Below are positions 54,263 through 63,588 of a stretch of DNA of 64,000 nucleotides, one piece after another. Position 1 is the stretch's first letter. The number at the start of each line of letters is the position of its first letter. Source of the DNA: Bacteroidales bacterium (GTDB taxonomy: Bacteria; Bacteroidota; Bacteroidia; Bacteroidales; VadinHA17). The DNA is taken from the NCBI GenBank assembly GCA_034679225.1, contig JAXDBC010000076.1, forward strand, positions 19,941-83,940, in the 5' to 3' direction. Below the pieces are notes generated by a model. It ran no database searches, had not been told where the DNA came from, and saw only the letters and a program-made list of their open reading frames with translations. The position numbers and the translations under genes are program-made.

Positions 54263-55378
54263 ATGCGGACCATTATATTTCTGATAAAAAAAGAATTCCT
54301 TCAGATCTTCCGTGACAAGTTCATCGGCAAGGCCATCTTCGGCATTCCGATAGTCCAGATGCTTATCCTGGTGCCTGCCATCACCTTTGAGATAAAATCG
54401 GCCAGGCTGTGTATCATCGACAATGACATGACAACGGAATCGCGCGGACTGATAAGCAAGCTCGAAGGATCGCCGTTTTTCAGCATTGTTCAGGCCACAT
54501 CATCCGGGAAGGAAGCGAACGATCTTCTTTATGGAAACAAAACTGATCTTGTTCTTCATATTCCCCAGGAATTCGGAAGGGATCTCGGTCTTGGGAAATC
54601 CGCGAAAGTCATGGCTTCAGTAAACGCCATAAATGCCATGACGGCCCAGTTATCGTGGGCCTATCTGTCGGGAGTAATACGCGATTACAATATCGACATA
54701 ATCGTTTCGGCCAATCCCGCGGCGGCGGTCATGATGGCATCGCCATCAATTACATACAGGTACTGGTACAATGAGATGCTCAATTACAGGCACTATATGC
54801 TTCCCGGGATACTGGTGATCCTGGTGATGGCGATAGGATTTATTCTGGCCGGCCTTAACATGGTAAGGGAGAAGGAAATCGGCACAATAGAGCAGATCAA
54901 CGTGACACCCGTTAAGAAATACCAGTTCGTGACGGCAAAGATGATACCTTTCCTGGTGATCGGGCTTATAGATCTTGCCATTGGTCTTGGTATCGGGAAA
55001 CTGTTGTTCGACATCCCCTTCGAGGGCAGTTTGTTTTTGCTTTTCCTGTGCTCAGCCTTCTTCCTGGTGGCAGCCCTGGGGATGGCACTTTTTTTATCTA
55101 CAATATCGGGAACACAGCAGCAGTTCATGTTTATGGCTTTCTTCTTCATGATAATCTTCATACTGATGAGTGGGATTTTCACCCCGCTCGAAAGCATGCC
55201 GGTGTGGGCTCAGAAGATCGATCTGCTTAACCCGGTCGCGTATCTCATGAGGATATACCGTATGATAATGCTGAAGGGATCGACTTTTGTTGACATTGGC
55301 AGGGATATCTTCTCGCTTGCGGCAATAGCTGTTGTTTTTACCACACTTGCTATCAACAGGTACCGGAAAACAGCCTGA
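54263..55378 (+). CDS. ABC-2 type transporter permease (YbhS/YbhR-like) 2
   Basis: Same architecture as the preceding gene. Confidence 0.88.
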   Translation: MRTIIFLIKKEFLQIFRDKFIGKAIFGIPIVQMLILVPAITFEIKSARLCIIDNDMTTESRGLISKLEGSPFFSIVQATSSGKEANDLLYGNKTDLVLHIPQEFGRDLGLGKSAKVMASVNAINAMTAQLSWAYLSGVIRDYNIDIIVSANPAAAVMMASPSITYRYWYNEMLNYRHYMLPGILVILVMAIGFILAGLNMVREKEIGTIEQINVTPVKKYQFVTAKMIPFLVIGLIDLAIGLGIGKLLFDIPFEGSLFLLFLCSAFFLVAALGMALFLSTISGTQQQFMFMAFFFMIIFILMSGIFTPLESMPVWAQKIDLLNPVAYLMRIYRMIMLKGSTFVDIGRDIFSLAAIAVVFTTLAINRYRKTA

Positions 55379-55418
55379 ACATTGTTCCCCCCGGCTGATT
55401 TCCCATGTTTAAAACCCG

Positions 55419-56267
55419 CTATTCGCTGTATAGAGCAAAGGTCTGCATTACATTCTGCAGGTAGGTTTTTGAAAGAGGTATATCCATTACCTCGGGATGA
55501 TCGAGTTCCAGCCTTAGGTTGTCCTTATCCCTTCGTATTACCTTTACTTTTTCAAAATTGACCATGTAGGAACGATGGCAGCGTACTATCCCGGTTCCGG
55601 CGAATGTTTCCTCCATCCTCTTCATGGTCGCCCTCAGGAGATATTTCGACACCTTTCCCTTGTTGAGATAGCAAATCGTTATATAGTTTTCAGTTGCTTC
55701 GAGGTAAAGTAGGCTCTCCTTCTTTACTGAAAGCTTGAGAACAGATTTATCATCGTAAAACGGAATCATGTCGGGAGTGGGATCCGGCTGCTGTCCCTCG
55801 GCAAGGATCCTGATCTGCTCCTTCTTATCATGCCAGGAAAGGTACAGCCAGGCAAGCGAATACGGAAGAAGAAGAACCAGAGCGGTGTTCCGGGCCGACA
55901 TCTTTACAAGGTAAATGAAGTCCCTGTCATCGTACAGAACGAATTTCTCAAACAGAGAATAGAACAGAGCCATTGCAAGCACCTCGGCAGCTATCCAGAT
56001 AAGAAACTGACCGAGGTTGATAATCTTCTTCTTACACACCTTGTACATGATTATCCTGCTGATGACAACCACCAGAACACCTGTAAGAATTACCAGGCTT
56101 GAATAGGTAAAGAACTGGAACCTGGTAAGACTGAACCACCGGTCAGCGCCGAAAGGTGAGTAAATGTTGATGAACACAAGCGCGAAAAGCGCAGTAAAGA
56201 GAATGAGGTTAACAATATTCTTTTTTTCAATAAGGTAAGGCGCTATCGGTTTCTGGAAATCCGGCAT
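55419..56267 (-). CDS. Membrane-anchored LytTR-family DNA-binding protein (no receiver domain)
   Basis: About 4 N-terminal TM segments, then the LytTR pattern ...YLEATENYITICYLNKGKVSKYLLRATMKRMEETF...IVRCHRSYMVNFEKV. The ATG at 56267 is preferred; the longer ORF starts on TTG at 56288. Confidence 0.85.
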   Translation of the reverse strand: MPDFQKPIAPYLIEKKNIVNLILFTALFALVFINIYSPFGADRWFSLTRFQFFTYSSLVILTGVLVVVISRIIMYKVCKKKIINLGQFLIWIAAEVLAMALFYSLFEKFVLYDDRDFIYLVKMSARNTALVLLLPYSLAWLYLSWHDKKEQIRILAEGQQPDPTPDMIPFYDDKSVLKLSVKKESLLYLEATENYITICYLNKGKVSKYLLRATMKRMEETFAGTGIVRCHRSYMVNFEKVKVIRRDKDNLRLELDHPEVMDIPLSKTYLQNVMQTFALYSE

Positions 56268-56310
56268 GTGATGATTCTTGTTCAGCAAAAATAGGCTTTT
56301 TATTTTTTAT

Positions 56311-56396
56311 GACGAATTTCAGCCCCGAAGCTTCGGATACCATGCAGGATTTCGTCACTCATCCGCTGATTTCGTCCCATTCTTTTGATTTTCGTC
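56311..56396. promoter_or_regulatory. Phased direct repeats GATTTCGTC (x3) plus one inverted copy: candidate LytTR operator
   Basis: GATTTCGTC at 56348-56 and 56368-76, GATTTTCGTC at 56387-96 (spacing 20 and 19-20 nt), and an inverted GACGAAATT at 56311-19. They lie in the divergent region between the LytTR gene and the hydrolase gene. Confidence 0.45.
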
Positions 56397-56483
56397 ACAC
56401 ACCGGGGCAGGCCGGCACATAATTTTGCCGGCCTCATTTGCTATGAATTCCTTTGATGCACAAAACGGTAAAATTAACTGACC

Positions 56484-57611
56484 ATGGGATTCACAGCAAT
56501 TCAGACAAGCCTTGTTTCATCATTCGATCCGCATGCCGGCGAAATATCCCTGAACGCTTCGGGAATAAGTATTGTAAACACCGGTTTTGTATCGGACAGC
56601 CTTCCGGCTTACCATTTCAGCGGGGAGGATCAGTCAATAAAAGAGAATATTGAGTTCTCCTACCCGGTTTTTGTTCCGGCCTCAGAAAGCAACAAGCTTA
56701 TTCTGCTGCTTCACGGACTGAATGAAAGATCGTGGGACAAGTATCTTGCATGGGCTTATTACCTCGCTTCCGAAACCGGCAGTTATGTCATTCTGTTTCC
56801 CATATCATTTCATATAAGCAGGGCGCCTGTTTCGTGGAAGGATCCGCGAACCATGATCAGGCTGATCAGGGAAAGGATTCCGGTGATGGGCGAAATTAGG
56901 AATTCTTCATTTGCCAATCATGCCCTGAGCAGAAGGCTTGCCGAGGATCCGCGGAGATTTGTAATGTCGGGTTATCAGACTGCCGACGATATCATAAGGC
57001 TGGTAAGTCAGATCAGGGAGGGCAGTCATCCGGTGGTGCCGGCCACAGGCAGAATAAATATCTTTTCCTATTCCATAGGGGCTTTCCTTTCGGAGATATT
57101 GCTCATGTCCGACAGCCGGGGCTTCTTCGACGGAACCAGGCTGTTCATGTTTTGCGGGGGATCGGTTTTTGGAAGGATGAATGCTGAATCGAAGCATATA
57201 ATGGACAGTCTGGCTTACGAAAGTACCTGTAGCTATTACAGGAATGACTTCGAGGAAGAACTGGAAAGAAAGGATTCATTTATGGGACGCCTGGTTTCCG
57301 GACCCCTGGGAATGGCTTTCCGGTCGATGCTCGACCCGCTCCGTTTCAGGCAGCAGAGGGAAAAACTACTGGCAGCTATCCGCGACAGGATATTCGCGAT
57401 ACCACTGGTGGGCGATAAGGTGGTACCTCCGGCAGGAGTGATCGAGACTCTTGGGGCCGGGTCGCATGTTGACGTTATGGATTTTGCTTACAAATATTCC
57501 CACGAAAAGCCCTTCCCGGCAGACAATAATAAGATTGCAGAAAAGGTTGATGCAGCTTTTGAAAAGGTCTTTATTCCGGCCTGCAGGTTTCTGGAATCGA
57601 ACCATGATTAG
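56484..57611 (+). CDS. Uncharacterised alpha/beta-hydrolase-fold protein
   Basis: LILLLHGLNERSWDKY (oxyanion-region-like) and IFSYSIGAFL (nucleophile elbow variant S-x-S-x-G). The family name is not recognised with certainty. Confidence 0.65.
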   Translation: MGFTAIQTSLVSSFDPHAGEISLNASGISIVNTGFVSDSLPAYHFSGEDQSIKENIEFSYPVFVPASESNKLILLLHGLNERSWDKYLAWAYYLASETGSYVILFPISFHISRAPVSWKDPRTMIRLIRERIPVMGEIRNSSFANHALSRRLAEDPRRFVMSGYQTADDIIRLVSQIREGSHPVVPATGRINIFSYSIGAFLSEILLMSDSRGFFDGTRLFMFCGGSVFGRMNAESKHIMDSLAYESTCSYYRNDFEEELERKDSFMGRLVSGPLGMAFRSMLDPLRFRQQREKLLAAIRDRIFAIPLVGDKVVPPAGVIETLGAGSHVDVMDFAYKYSHEKPFPADNNKIAEKVDAAFEKVFIPACRFLESNHD

Positions 57612-57638
57612 GACCGCCTGGGGGAGCAGGGCTTTTAA

Positions 57639-57735
57639 GTCTTGCTCCCTTCGGTCGCTGTCTTGCGGTCTTGCAGTCTTGCGGTCCCTGACTGCGAACT
57701 TTGAACCGTTTGCCGCTTGCCGCGCGCCGTTTTAA
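57639..57735. repeat. Mosaic repeat: inverted CGACCGAAGGGAG module, GTCTTGCR octamers, GC-rich GCCGCTTGCCGCGCGCCG module
   Basis: GTCTTGCT-CCCTTCGGTCG-CT-GTCTTGCG-GTCTTGCA-GTCTTGCG-GTCCCTGA..., i.e. the reverse complement of the arrangement at 1118-1160. Confidence 0.95.
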
Positions 57736-57828
57736 CTTTTTAACCCGCATTCTGCAACATTATTCCCCATATACAATAATCCCTCACATTTTTTTGTTAT
57801 CTTAATAGCTTATTAAACAAAGATAAAA

Positions 57829-57996
57829 TTGGAAAAGCCGCTCAGATATATCAGAGTCAATGCCCGTACGGTGGTCGGGATAAGGAAGGATATATCCGAT
57901 GATCAGGTGAGGAAGAAATTCAATGACAACCTCAGGCTATCTCCATATTTCAATCCTAAAAAATTCTTCGTGATCTCGGAAAGCCGGTGGATCTGA
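57829..57996 (+). CDS. Possible small protein (55 aa, TTG start), below the ORF-track length cutoff
   Basis: Manual translation gives (M)EKPLRYIRVNARTVVGIRKDISDDQVRKKFNDNLRLSPYFNPKKFFVISESRWI*. The composition is protein-like, but there is no in-frame ATG and no recognised family. Confidence 0.25.
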   Translation: MEKPLRYIRVNARTVVGIRKDISDDQVRKKFNDNLRLSPYFNPKKFFVISESRWI

Positions 57997-58150
57997 AACC
58001 CGGTTATTGTTCCTGATATCCTGCATCATTGCTTAATAAGGTATTATTTAAAACTAAACGCTTGTTTTGTCACAATACAGACGGCTGTTTTATTTTTATC
58101 TATATTTGAAATCCACGGATATTCAATGGGACTAAAAAATACTGAGTAAA

Positions 58151-58699
58151 ATGGCAATAATAATAATCGCGATCGTGGCAATTTGCGGAGTGTTTTTACT
58201 CGTCGTGTACAACCGGCTTGTAAGACTGGTAAATTATGTAAGGGAGGCATGGAGCGGCATCGACGTGCAGCTTAAGAAACGTCATGACCTGATACCCCTA
58301 CTGGTGACAACTGTAAAGTCATATGCATCTCACGAGCGGAACCTGCTGGAAGCCATTACCAAACTCAGGACCAAGGGGATGTCAGCTACATCGCTCAGGG
58401 AAACCGAGACTGCTGAAATAGAACTGTCGAAGGCACTGGGTAAGCTCTTCGTGGTGGTGGAGAACTATCCCGATCTCAAGGCCAGTCAGAATTTTCTGGA
58501 ACTGCAGAAAGATATATCAAAGGTGGAAAATGACCTCCAAAAGGCCCGCCGTTACTACAATGGAACGGTACGTAACTACAACATACTGATCGAGCAGTTC
58601 CCGTCGAGTCTGGTGGCAAAACTGGCAGGCCACAGTCAAAAGGAATTCTTTGATATAGGAAATGAATCGGAGAGGGCAGTACCGGACGTCAACATGTAA
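58151..58699 (+). CDS. lemA: LemA-family membrane protein
   Basis: N-terminal TM plus YNRLVRL...W..IDVQLKRRHDLIP...ENYPDLKA...RRYYNGTVRNYN signature. Confidence 0.92.
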   Translation: MAIIIIAIVAICGVFLLVVYNRLVRLVNYVREAWSGIDVQLKKRHDLIPLLVTTVKSYASHERNLLEAITKLRTKGMSATSLRETETAEIELSKALGKLFVVVENYPDLKASQNFLELQKDISKVENDLQKARRYYNGTVRNYNILIEQFPSSLVAKLAGHSQKEFFDIGNESERAVPDVNM

Positions 58700-58710
58700 T
58701 ATTCTGAAAG

Positions 58711-60402
58711 ATGAAGAAATTAATTGCATCTCTGTTTCTGGTTTTTATTGGACTTTCGGCAAATTCGCAGGAAAAGATCCTTTCCTATGACATTATCGCG
58801 GCTATTGAAAAGGATGGCACTCTGCTGGTTCAGGAACAGATAAGGGTGGCTGCCGAAGGAAATGCAATAAAAAGAGGCATCTACAGGACTTTCCCCACCA
58901 GATACAAAGATAAACTGGGCAACCGCTACAAGGTCGGCTTCGAGGTGACGGAGGTTCTGAAAAACGGAGTTCCCGAGCCCTGGTTCACCAGGAAAGAATC
59001 GAACGGAGTTATTGTTTATATAGGTGACGAAAATGTTATACTTGAACCGGGAGTATACAATTACAGCCTTTCTTTCAGGACAAATCGCCAGCTGGGCTTT
59101 TTCGACGGCTATGACGAGCTTTACTACAATGCCATTGGCGGTGACTGGGCTTTCCCGATAGAAACAGCTACCGTTACTCTTATACTCCCTGAAGGAGCGA
59201 AGGTTTTAAATAAGGCTGCCTATTCAGGCTATGCCGGATCAACAGACTGCGACTGCCTGCTCACTGCAGAAAGGAATATGGTAAGCCTTGCCATGACCAG
59301 AACTCTGCAGCCCGGGGAACAGCTTACCATCGCGGTCGGATGGCCGGTAGGACATGTGATCAGACCTTCGGCTATCACTAAGATAGCCTGGTTTCTGAAA
59401 GATAACCTTCATATCCTTATTGCCCTGGCCGGAATTGCCGGAGTCATAGTGCTCTACTTAAGGCGATGGAAGTCGGTTGGAAGAGATCCTGCCAAAGGAA
59501 CCATTATACCCTTGTTTGATCCGCCCGAAGGATTCAGTCCGGCAGATACCGGTTACCTGGTCGCCATGGGGATGAAGGAAGAAGTGATGACAGCGGCGCT
59601 TGTTAACATGGCCGTGAAAGGCTGCCTGAAAATCGTAAATACAAAAAGGAAATATTCCCTTGAACTTGTTCCCGGTAATACTGCTGAACTCACTCCCGAG
59701 GAAAAGGTCCTTGCATCGGTTCTTTTTTCCTCATCTCAGGAGCTGGCCCTGGACAATGAAAACTATCAGTTGTTGCTGAGCGCGAGAATGAAGGCGGAAA
59801 AAATCCTTAAAGCGAAAATGATACCGGAATATTTCAATCTCAACGCCAGACATCTTATGCCGGGAGTTCTTCTTTCGATAGCCCTGGTTGTTCTTGGCTT
59901 TGCCATATCTCCCTCTCCGCTCGTCCCTGTGATACTGATCATTCTTCTTACCGGACTGGTGATTCTTTTCTCATGGCTTATCAAAGCTCCCACAGCCCGC
60001 GGAAGGGCTTTGATGGATGAAGCGGAAGGTTTCAAAATGTACCTTTCAGTTGCAGAAAAGGACAGGCTCAACCTTTTGCATGAACCGGAGCTTACAGTTG
60101 AACGCTTTGAAAGCCTTCTTCCTTATGCCATAGCTCTTGGAGTCGAGAATGAGTGGGGCAACAGGTTTGAGAATGCACTTAAGCGTTCGATGCAGGAAAC
60201 AAAAGACTATAATCCTGCATGGTATGTTGGAACAATACCGGGAACCACGGTATTTTCGCCTTCCCATTTTAGCTCAACGATGGGAAAAAGCTTTTCATCG
60301 GCCATATCGTCGGCATCCACCCCTCCCGGATCATCATCAGGCAGTGGCGGCGGAGGAATCGCGGGTGGCGGCGGTGGCGGTGGCGGCGGCGGTGGCTGGT
60401 AA
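58711..60402 (+). CDS. DUF2207 domain membrane protein with C-terminal poly-Gly tail
   Basis: Signal peptide, extracellular DUF2207 domain (YDIIAAIEKDGTL...), 3 or more TMs, ending GSSSGSGGGGIAGGGGGGGGGGGW. It follows lemA with an 11-nt gap. Confidence 0.85.
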   Translation: MKKLIASLFLVFIGLSANSQEKILSYDIIAAIEKDGTLLVQEQIRVAAEGNAIKRGIYRTFPTRYKDKLGNRYKVGFEVTEVLKNGVPEPWFTRKESNGVIVYIGDENVILEPGVYNYSLSFRTNRQLGFFDGYDELYYNAIGGDWAFPIETATVTLILPEGAKVLNKAAYSGYAGSTDCDCLLTAERNMVSLAMTRTLQPGEQLTIAVGWPVGHVIRPSAITKIAWFLKDNLHILIALAGIAGVIVLYLRRWKSVGRDPAKGTIIPLFDPPEGFSPADTGYLVAMGMKEEVMTAALVNMAVKGCLKIVNTKRKYSLELVPGNTAELTPEEKVLASVLFSSSQELALDNENYQLLLSARMKAEKILKAKMIPEYFNLNARHLMPGVLLSIALVVLGFAISPSPLVPVILIILLTGLVILFSWLIKAPTARGRALMDEAEGFKMYLSVAEKDRLNLLHEPELTVERFESLLPYAIALGVENEWGNRFENALKRSMQETKDYNPAWYVGTIPGTTVFSPSHFSSTMGKSFSSAISSASTPPGSSSGSGGGGIAGGGGGGGGGGGW

Positions 60403-60607
60403 GACATTGCAGAAGTTGATCTCATCCTTCGAAATCTAATGTTTCCGGAATGTACGAAGCCTGTCATTAAACTTTAGTTTCCGGCTTCAGATTGATAGTG
60501 GTGCAAGACAGTGCCTTTCTCCACTTTTGTTTTATTTCTCCTGAAAATTTGATTTATCGGAAGTCATAAAAAAAGCATAATATTGCAGCTTCATAAAACA
60601 GAACATC

Positions 60608-61162
60608 ATGACAGAACAAATAAGGATGATAGGGGCAAGGATACGGGAGCTCCGCGATATTTCCGGGATTACTACAGGAGACCTTGCACAGAAGCTCGGA
60701 CTTCCTGAGGATCTTTATGTCAAATATGAAAGCGGCGAATCTGACATTCCGGTTGGAGTGCTTTTCGAAATATCGGAGATGTTCAACGTAGAATTGTCGG
60801 TATTGCTCGGGGGTGATGGCCCTAAACTTCATATTTATGGAATAGTGAGGAATGGAAAAGGACTGAAGCTTGAACGCCGGCAGCAGTACAAATATGAGAG
60901 CCTGGCCTTTAACTTCATCAATAAAAAAGCTGAGGTTTTCATGGTAACCATCGATCCGAAGCCTGAAGATTCACTTCTTGATTTCAACTCCCATCCCGGA
61001 CAGGAATTCAACTATGTTATCAAAGGATCGATGATGACAGTTATTGACGGCTACGAAATCATACTGAACGAGGGTGACTCGATATATTTCGACTCGGGAT
61101 ACAATCACGCGATGAAAGCCCTCAACAATGAGCAGGTGAAATTCCTGGCAATTATTTTATAG
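60608..61162 (+). CDS. XRE-family HTH regulator with C-terminal cupin domain
   Basis: [25 protein letters not shown] forms the HTH. The cupin region is [17 protein letters not shown]...[14 protein letters not shown]. Confidence 0.88.
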   Translation: MTEQIRMIGARIRELRDISGITTGDLAQKLGLPEDLYVKYESGESDIPVGVLFEISEMFNVELSVLLGGDGPKLHIYGIVRNGKGLKLERRQQYKYESLAFNFINKKAEVFMVTIDPKPEDSLLDFNSHPGQEFNYVIKGSMMTVIDGYEIILNEGDSIYFDSGYNHAMKALNNEQVKFLAIIL

Positions 61163-61181
61163 GACAATACCGATATTGACA

Positions 61182-62837
61182 ATGCTTCTTGAAAAATACC
61201 TGAAACAGATTGATTTTAAATCATACGAAGAGTTTAAAACCGGATTTGAAATAAGAATCCCCGAGAGTTTCAATTTCGCATACGATGTTGTTGACGAAAT
61301 AGCCCGGAACACACCGGAAAAGACCGCGATGGTGTGGTGTGACGACAAAGGCAATGAAGCTGTTTTTACATTTGGACAGATGAAGTATTACAGCGACAAG
61401 GCTGCAAACTTCTTCAGGACGAAAGGAATCCGAAAGGGTGACCGTGTCATGTTGATTCTGAAAAGACACTATACATTCTGGTTCTGTACACTGGGACTTA
61501 ACAAGATAGGAGCTGTTATAATTCCCGCGACCCATCTCCTTACCGCCAAAGACATTGTTTACAGGAACAATGCCGCCGGCATCAGGATGATTGTCTGCGT
61601 GCAAGATCCGGAGGTAATACGGCATATTGAAGATTCCCAAAGTCAGTCCCCCACACTTGAGTTCATGGTATTGGCAGGCAGCGAACGGGAAGGATGGATC
61701 AATTTTTCAAAGGAAATGGACGAGAGTCCGGAGGTATTTACAAGACCGGGGCCGGATGAAGCGCCGGGGAATGATGACACCATGCTTCTTTATTTCACTT
61801 CGGGCACTACCGGAATGCCCAAGATGGTAACTCACGATTACACCTATCCACTCGGGCATATACTGACGGCGAAGTATTGGCAGTGCGTTCAGGATAACGG
61901 GCTGCATTTCACCATTGCCGATACGGGATGGGCCAAATCGGCCTGGGGCAAGATCTATGGTCAGTGGATATCAGGGAGCGCGGTAATGACATACGATTAT
62001 GACAGGTTTGTCCCGAAAGACATCCTTGGAGTGATTGAAAAATACAAGGTAACAACCTTATGCGCCCCTCCTACAATTTACAGGTTCCTGATAAAGGAAG
62101 ACCTTGAAACCTTTGATCTTGGCAGCCTGAAGAACTGCGTTGTTGCCGGTGAGCCGCTTAATCCTGAGGTATATAAATTCTTCCTTGAGAAAACCGGACT
62201 GAAGCTTATGGAAGGTTATGGCCAGACGGAATGCACCATTGCCCTGGCTACCTTTCCCTGGATGAAACCCAAACCCGGATCAATGGGAAAGCCGTCGCCG
62301 GGTTATGATATTGAAATTGTCGATGAATCGGGCTATCCCTGCGAGGTTGGTTATGAAGGAGAAATAGTTATTCATACTGACAGGAGAAAGCCGGTCGGTA
62401 TGTTCAAGGGCTATTACATGGATGAAGATATGACAAGAAATGTCTGGTCGGACGATGTTTACAGGACAGGCGACATGGCCTGGCGCGATGAGGATGGATA
62501 TTTCTGGTTTGTAGGCAGGGCAGATGATATCATCAAGAGTTCGGGTTACAGGATAGGTCCCTTTGAAGTCGAAAGCGCCCTTATAGAGCATCCGGCCGTT
62601 CTTGAATGTGCTGTGACTGCCGTTCCCGATCCCGACAGGGGACAGATTGTAAAAGCCACAATAGTTCTTTCAAGAAATTATAGCCCCGGAGATGAACTGG
62701 CCAGGCAACTGCAGGACCATGTCAAGAAAGTCACAGCTCCCTACAAGTACCCGAGAATTGTTGAGTTTGTTGACGAGCTGCCGAAAACAATAAGCGGAAA
62801 GATTAGAAGGGTCCAGATAAGGGAAAAGGATGGTTAA
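61182..62837 (+). CDS. AMP-forming acyl-CoA synthetase (medium-chain / ACSM-like)
   Basis: [50 protein letters not shown]. The ATG at 61182 is preferred; the longer ORF starts on TTG at 61176. Confidence 0.9.
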   Translation: MLLEKYLKQIDFKSYEEFKTGFEIRIPESFNFAYDVVDEIARNTPEKTAMVWCDDKGNEAVFTFGQMKYYSDKAANFFRTKGIRKGDRVMLILKRHYTFWFCTLGLNKIGAVIIPATHLLTAKDIVYRNNAAGIRMIVCVQDPEVIRHIEDSQSQSPTLEFMVLAGSEREGWINFSKEMDESPEVFTRPGPDEAPGNDDTMLLYFTSGTTGMPKMVTHDYTYPLGHILTAKYWQCVQDNGLHFTIADTGWAKSAWGKIYGQWISGSAVMTYDYDRFVPKDILGVIEKYKVTTLCAPPTIYRFLIKEDLETFDLGSLKNCVVAGEPLNPEVYKFFLEKTGLKLMEGYGQTECTIALATFPWMKPKPGSMGKPSPGYDIEIVDESGYPCEVGYEGEIVIHTDRRKPVGMFKGYYMDEDMTRNVWSDDVYRTGDMAWRDEDGYFWFVGRADDIIKSSGYRIGPFEVESALIEHPAVLECAVTAVPDPDRGQIVKATIVLSRNYSPGDELARQLQDHVKKVTAPYKYPRIVEFVDELPKTISGKIRRVQIREKDG

Positions 62838-63007
62838 TCTGAAAATTTGAAAATCGCTCTAAAGTGACAATTTTCAATGATTAATATAATATTCCGCCTA
62901 AAAAATAACTGATAGGACAATTCCGTTTTATGAGTGAATTTGATACTTTTAAAAGTATCAAATCCCTTATGATATTCAATTATTATTAACCTCAAAACTC
63001 CAATACC

Positions 63008-63586
63008 ATGAGATCAAAAGCAGCGCTAATGATAAGCTTTTTCATGTTGTCAGCCATTGCCTTCTCGCAGACAGAAAAGGGGACTCTGATAGTTTCCGGT
63101 AACAACAGCCTTGAATTTACTCATACTGAGGGGAAACTTACAGATAAAGAGACTGGCTCATCTAGTCGTTCGAAAGTGAATACCTTAGAGTTCATGCCGG
63201 CTGTTGGTTATTTTGTCGCAGATAATTTTGCTGTTGCACTTTCAGTAGATTACATACGTTCCTCACAAAAAAATTACAAATCAAACCAGCTGTCATTTAT
63301 GCCGACCTTAATGTATTATTTTCCGGGTGAATCATCATTCAGGCCTAATGTCCAGGCTGGTTTCGGATATGCAGTATTAAAGGAAAAGTTCAACACGTAC
63401 AAAGAGTCGTTCTCCGGATATGCTTATGGCGCTGGTTTGGGCCTGGATTATTTCATTAGCGATAATATTGCGGTCGGTCTTGGAATACAATGGATAGGCA
63501 CAAAGATGACCTACTCGGAAGACAAGGATTTAAAAACTACTGCCAATGCTTTGGGATCGGTCATTGAATTCTCACTGTTCTTTTAA
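63008..63586 (+). CDS. Outer-membrane beta-barrel protein (small porin/OmpW-like)
   Basis: Signal peptide, alternating amphipathic beta-strands, and a C-terminal ...IEFSLFF aromatic terminus. Confidence 0.75.
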   Translation: MRSKAALMISFFMLSAIAFSQTEKGTLIVSGNNSLEFTHTEGKLTDKETGSSSRSKVNTLEFMPAVGYFVADNFAVALSVDYIRSSQKNYKSNQLSFMPTLMYYFPGESSFRPNVQAGFGYAVLKEKFNTYKESFSGYAYGAGLGLDYFISDNIAVGLGIQWIGTKMTYSEDKDLKTTANALGSVIEFSLFF

Positions 63587-63588
63587 AG

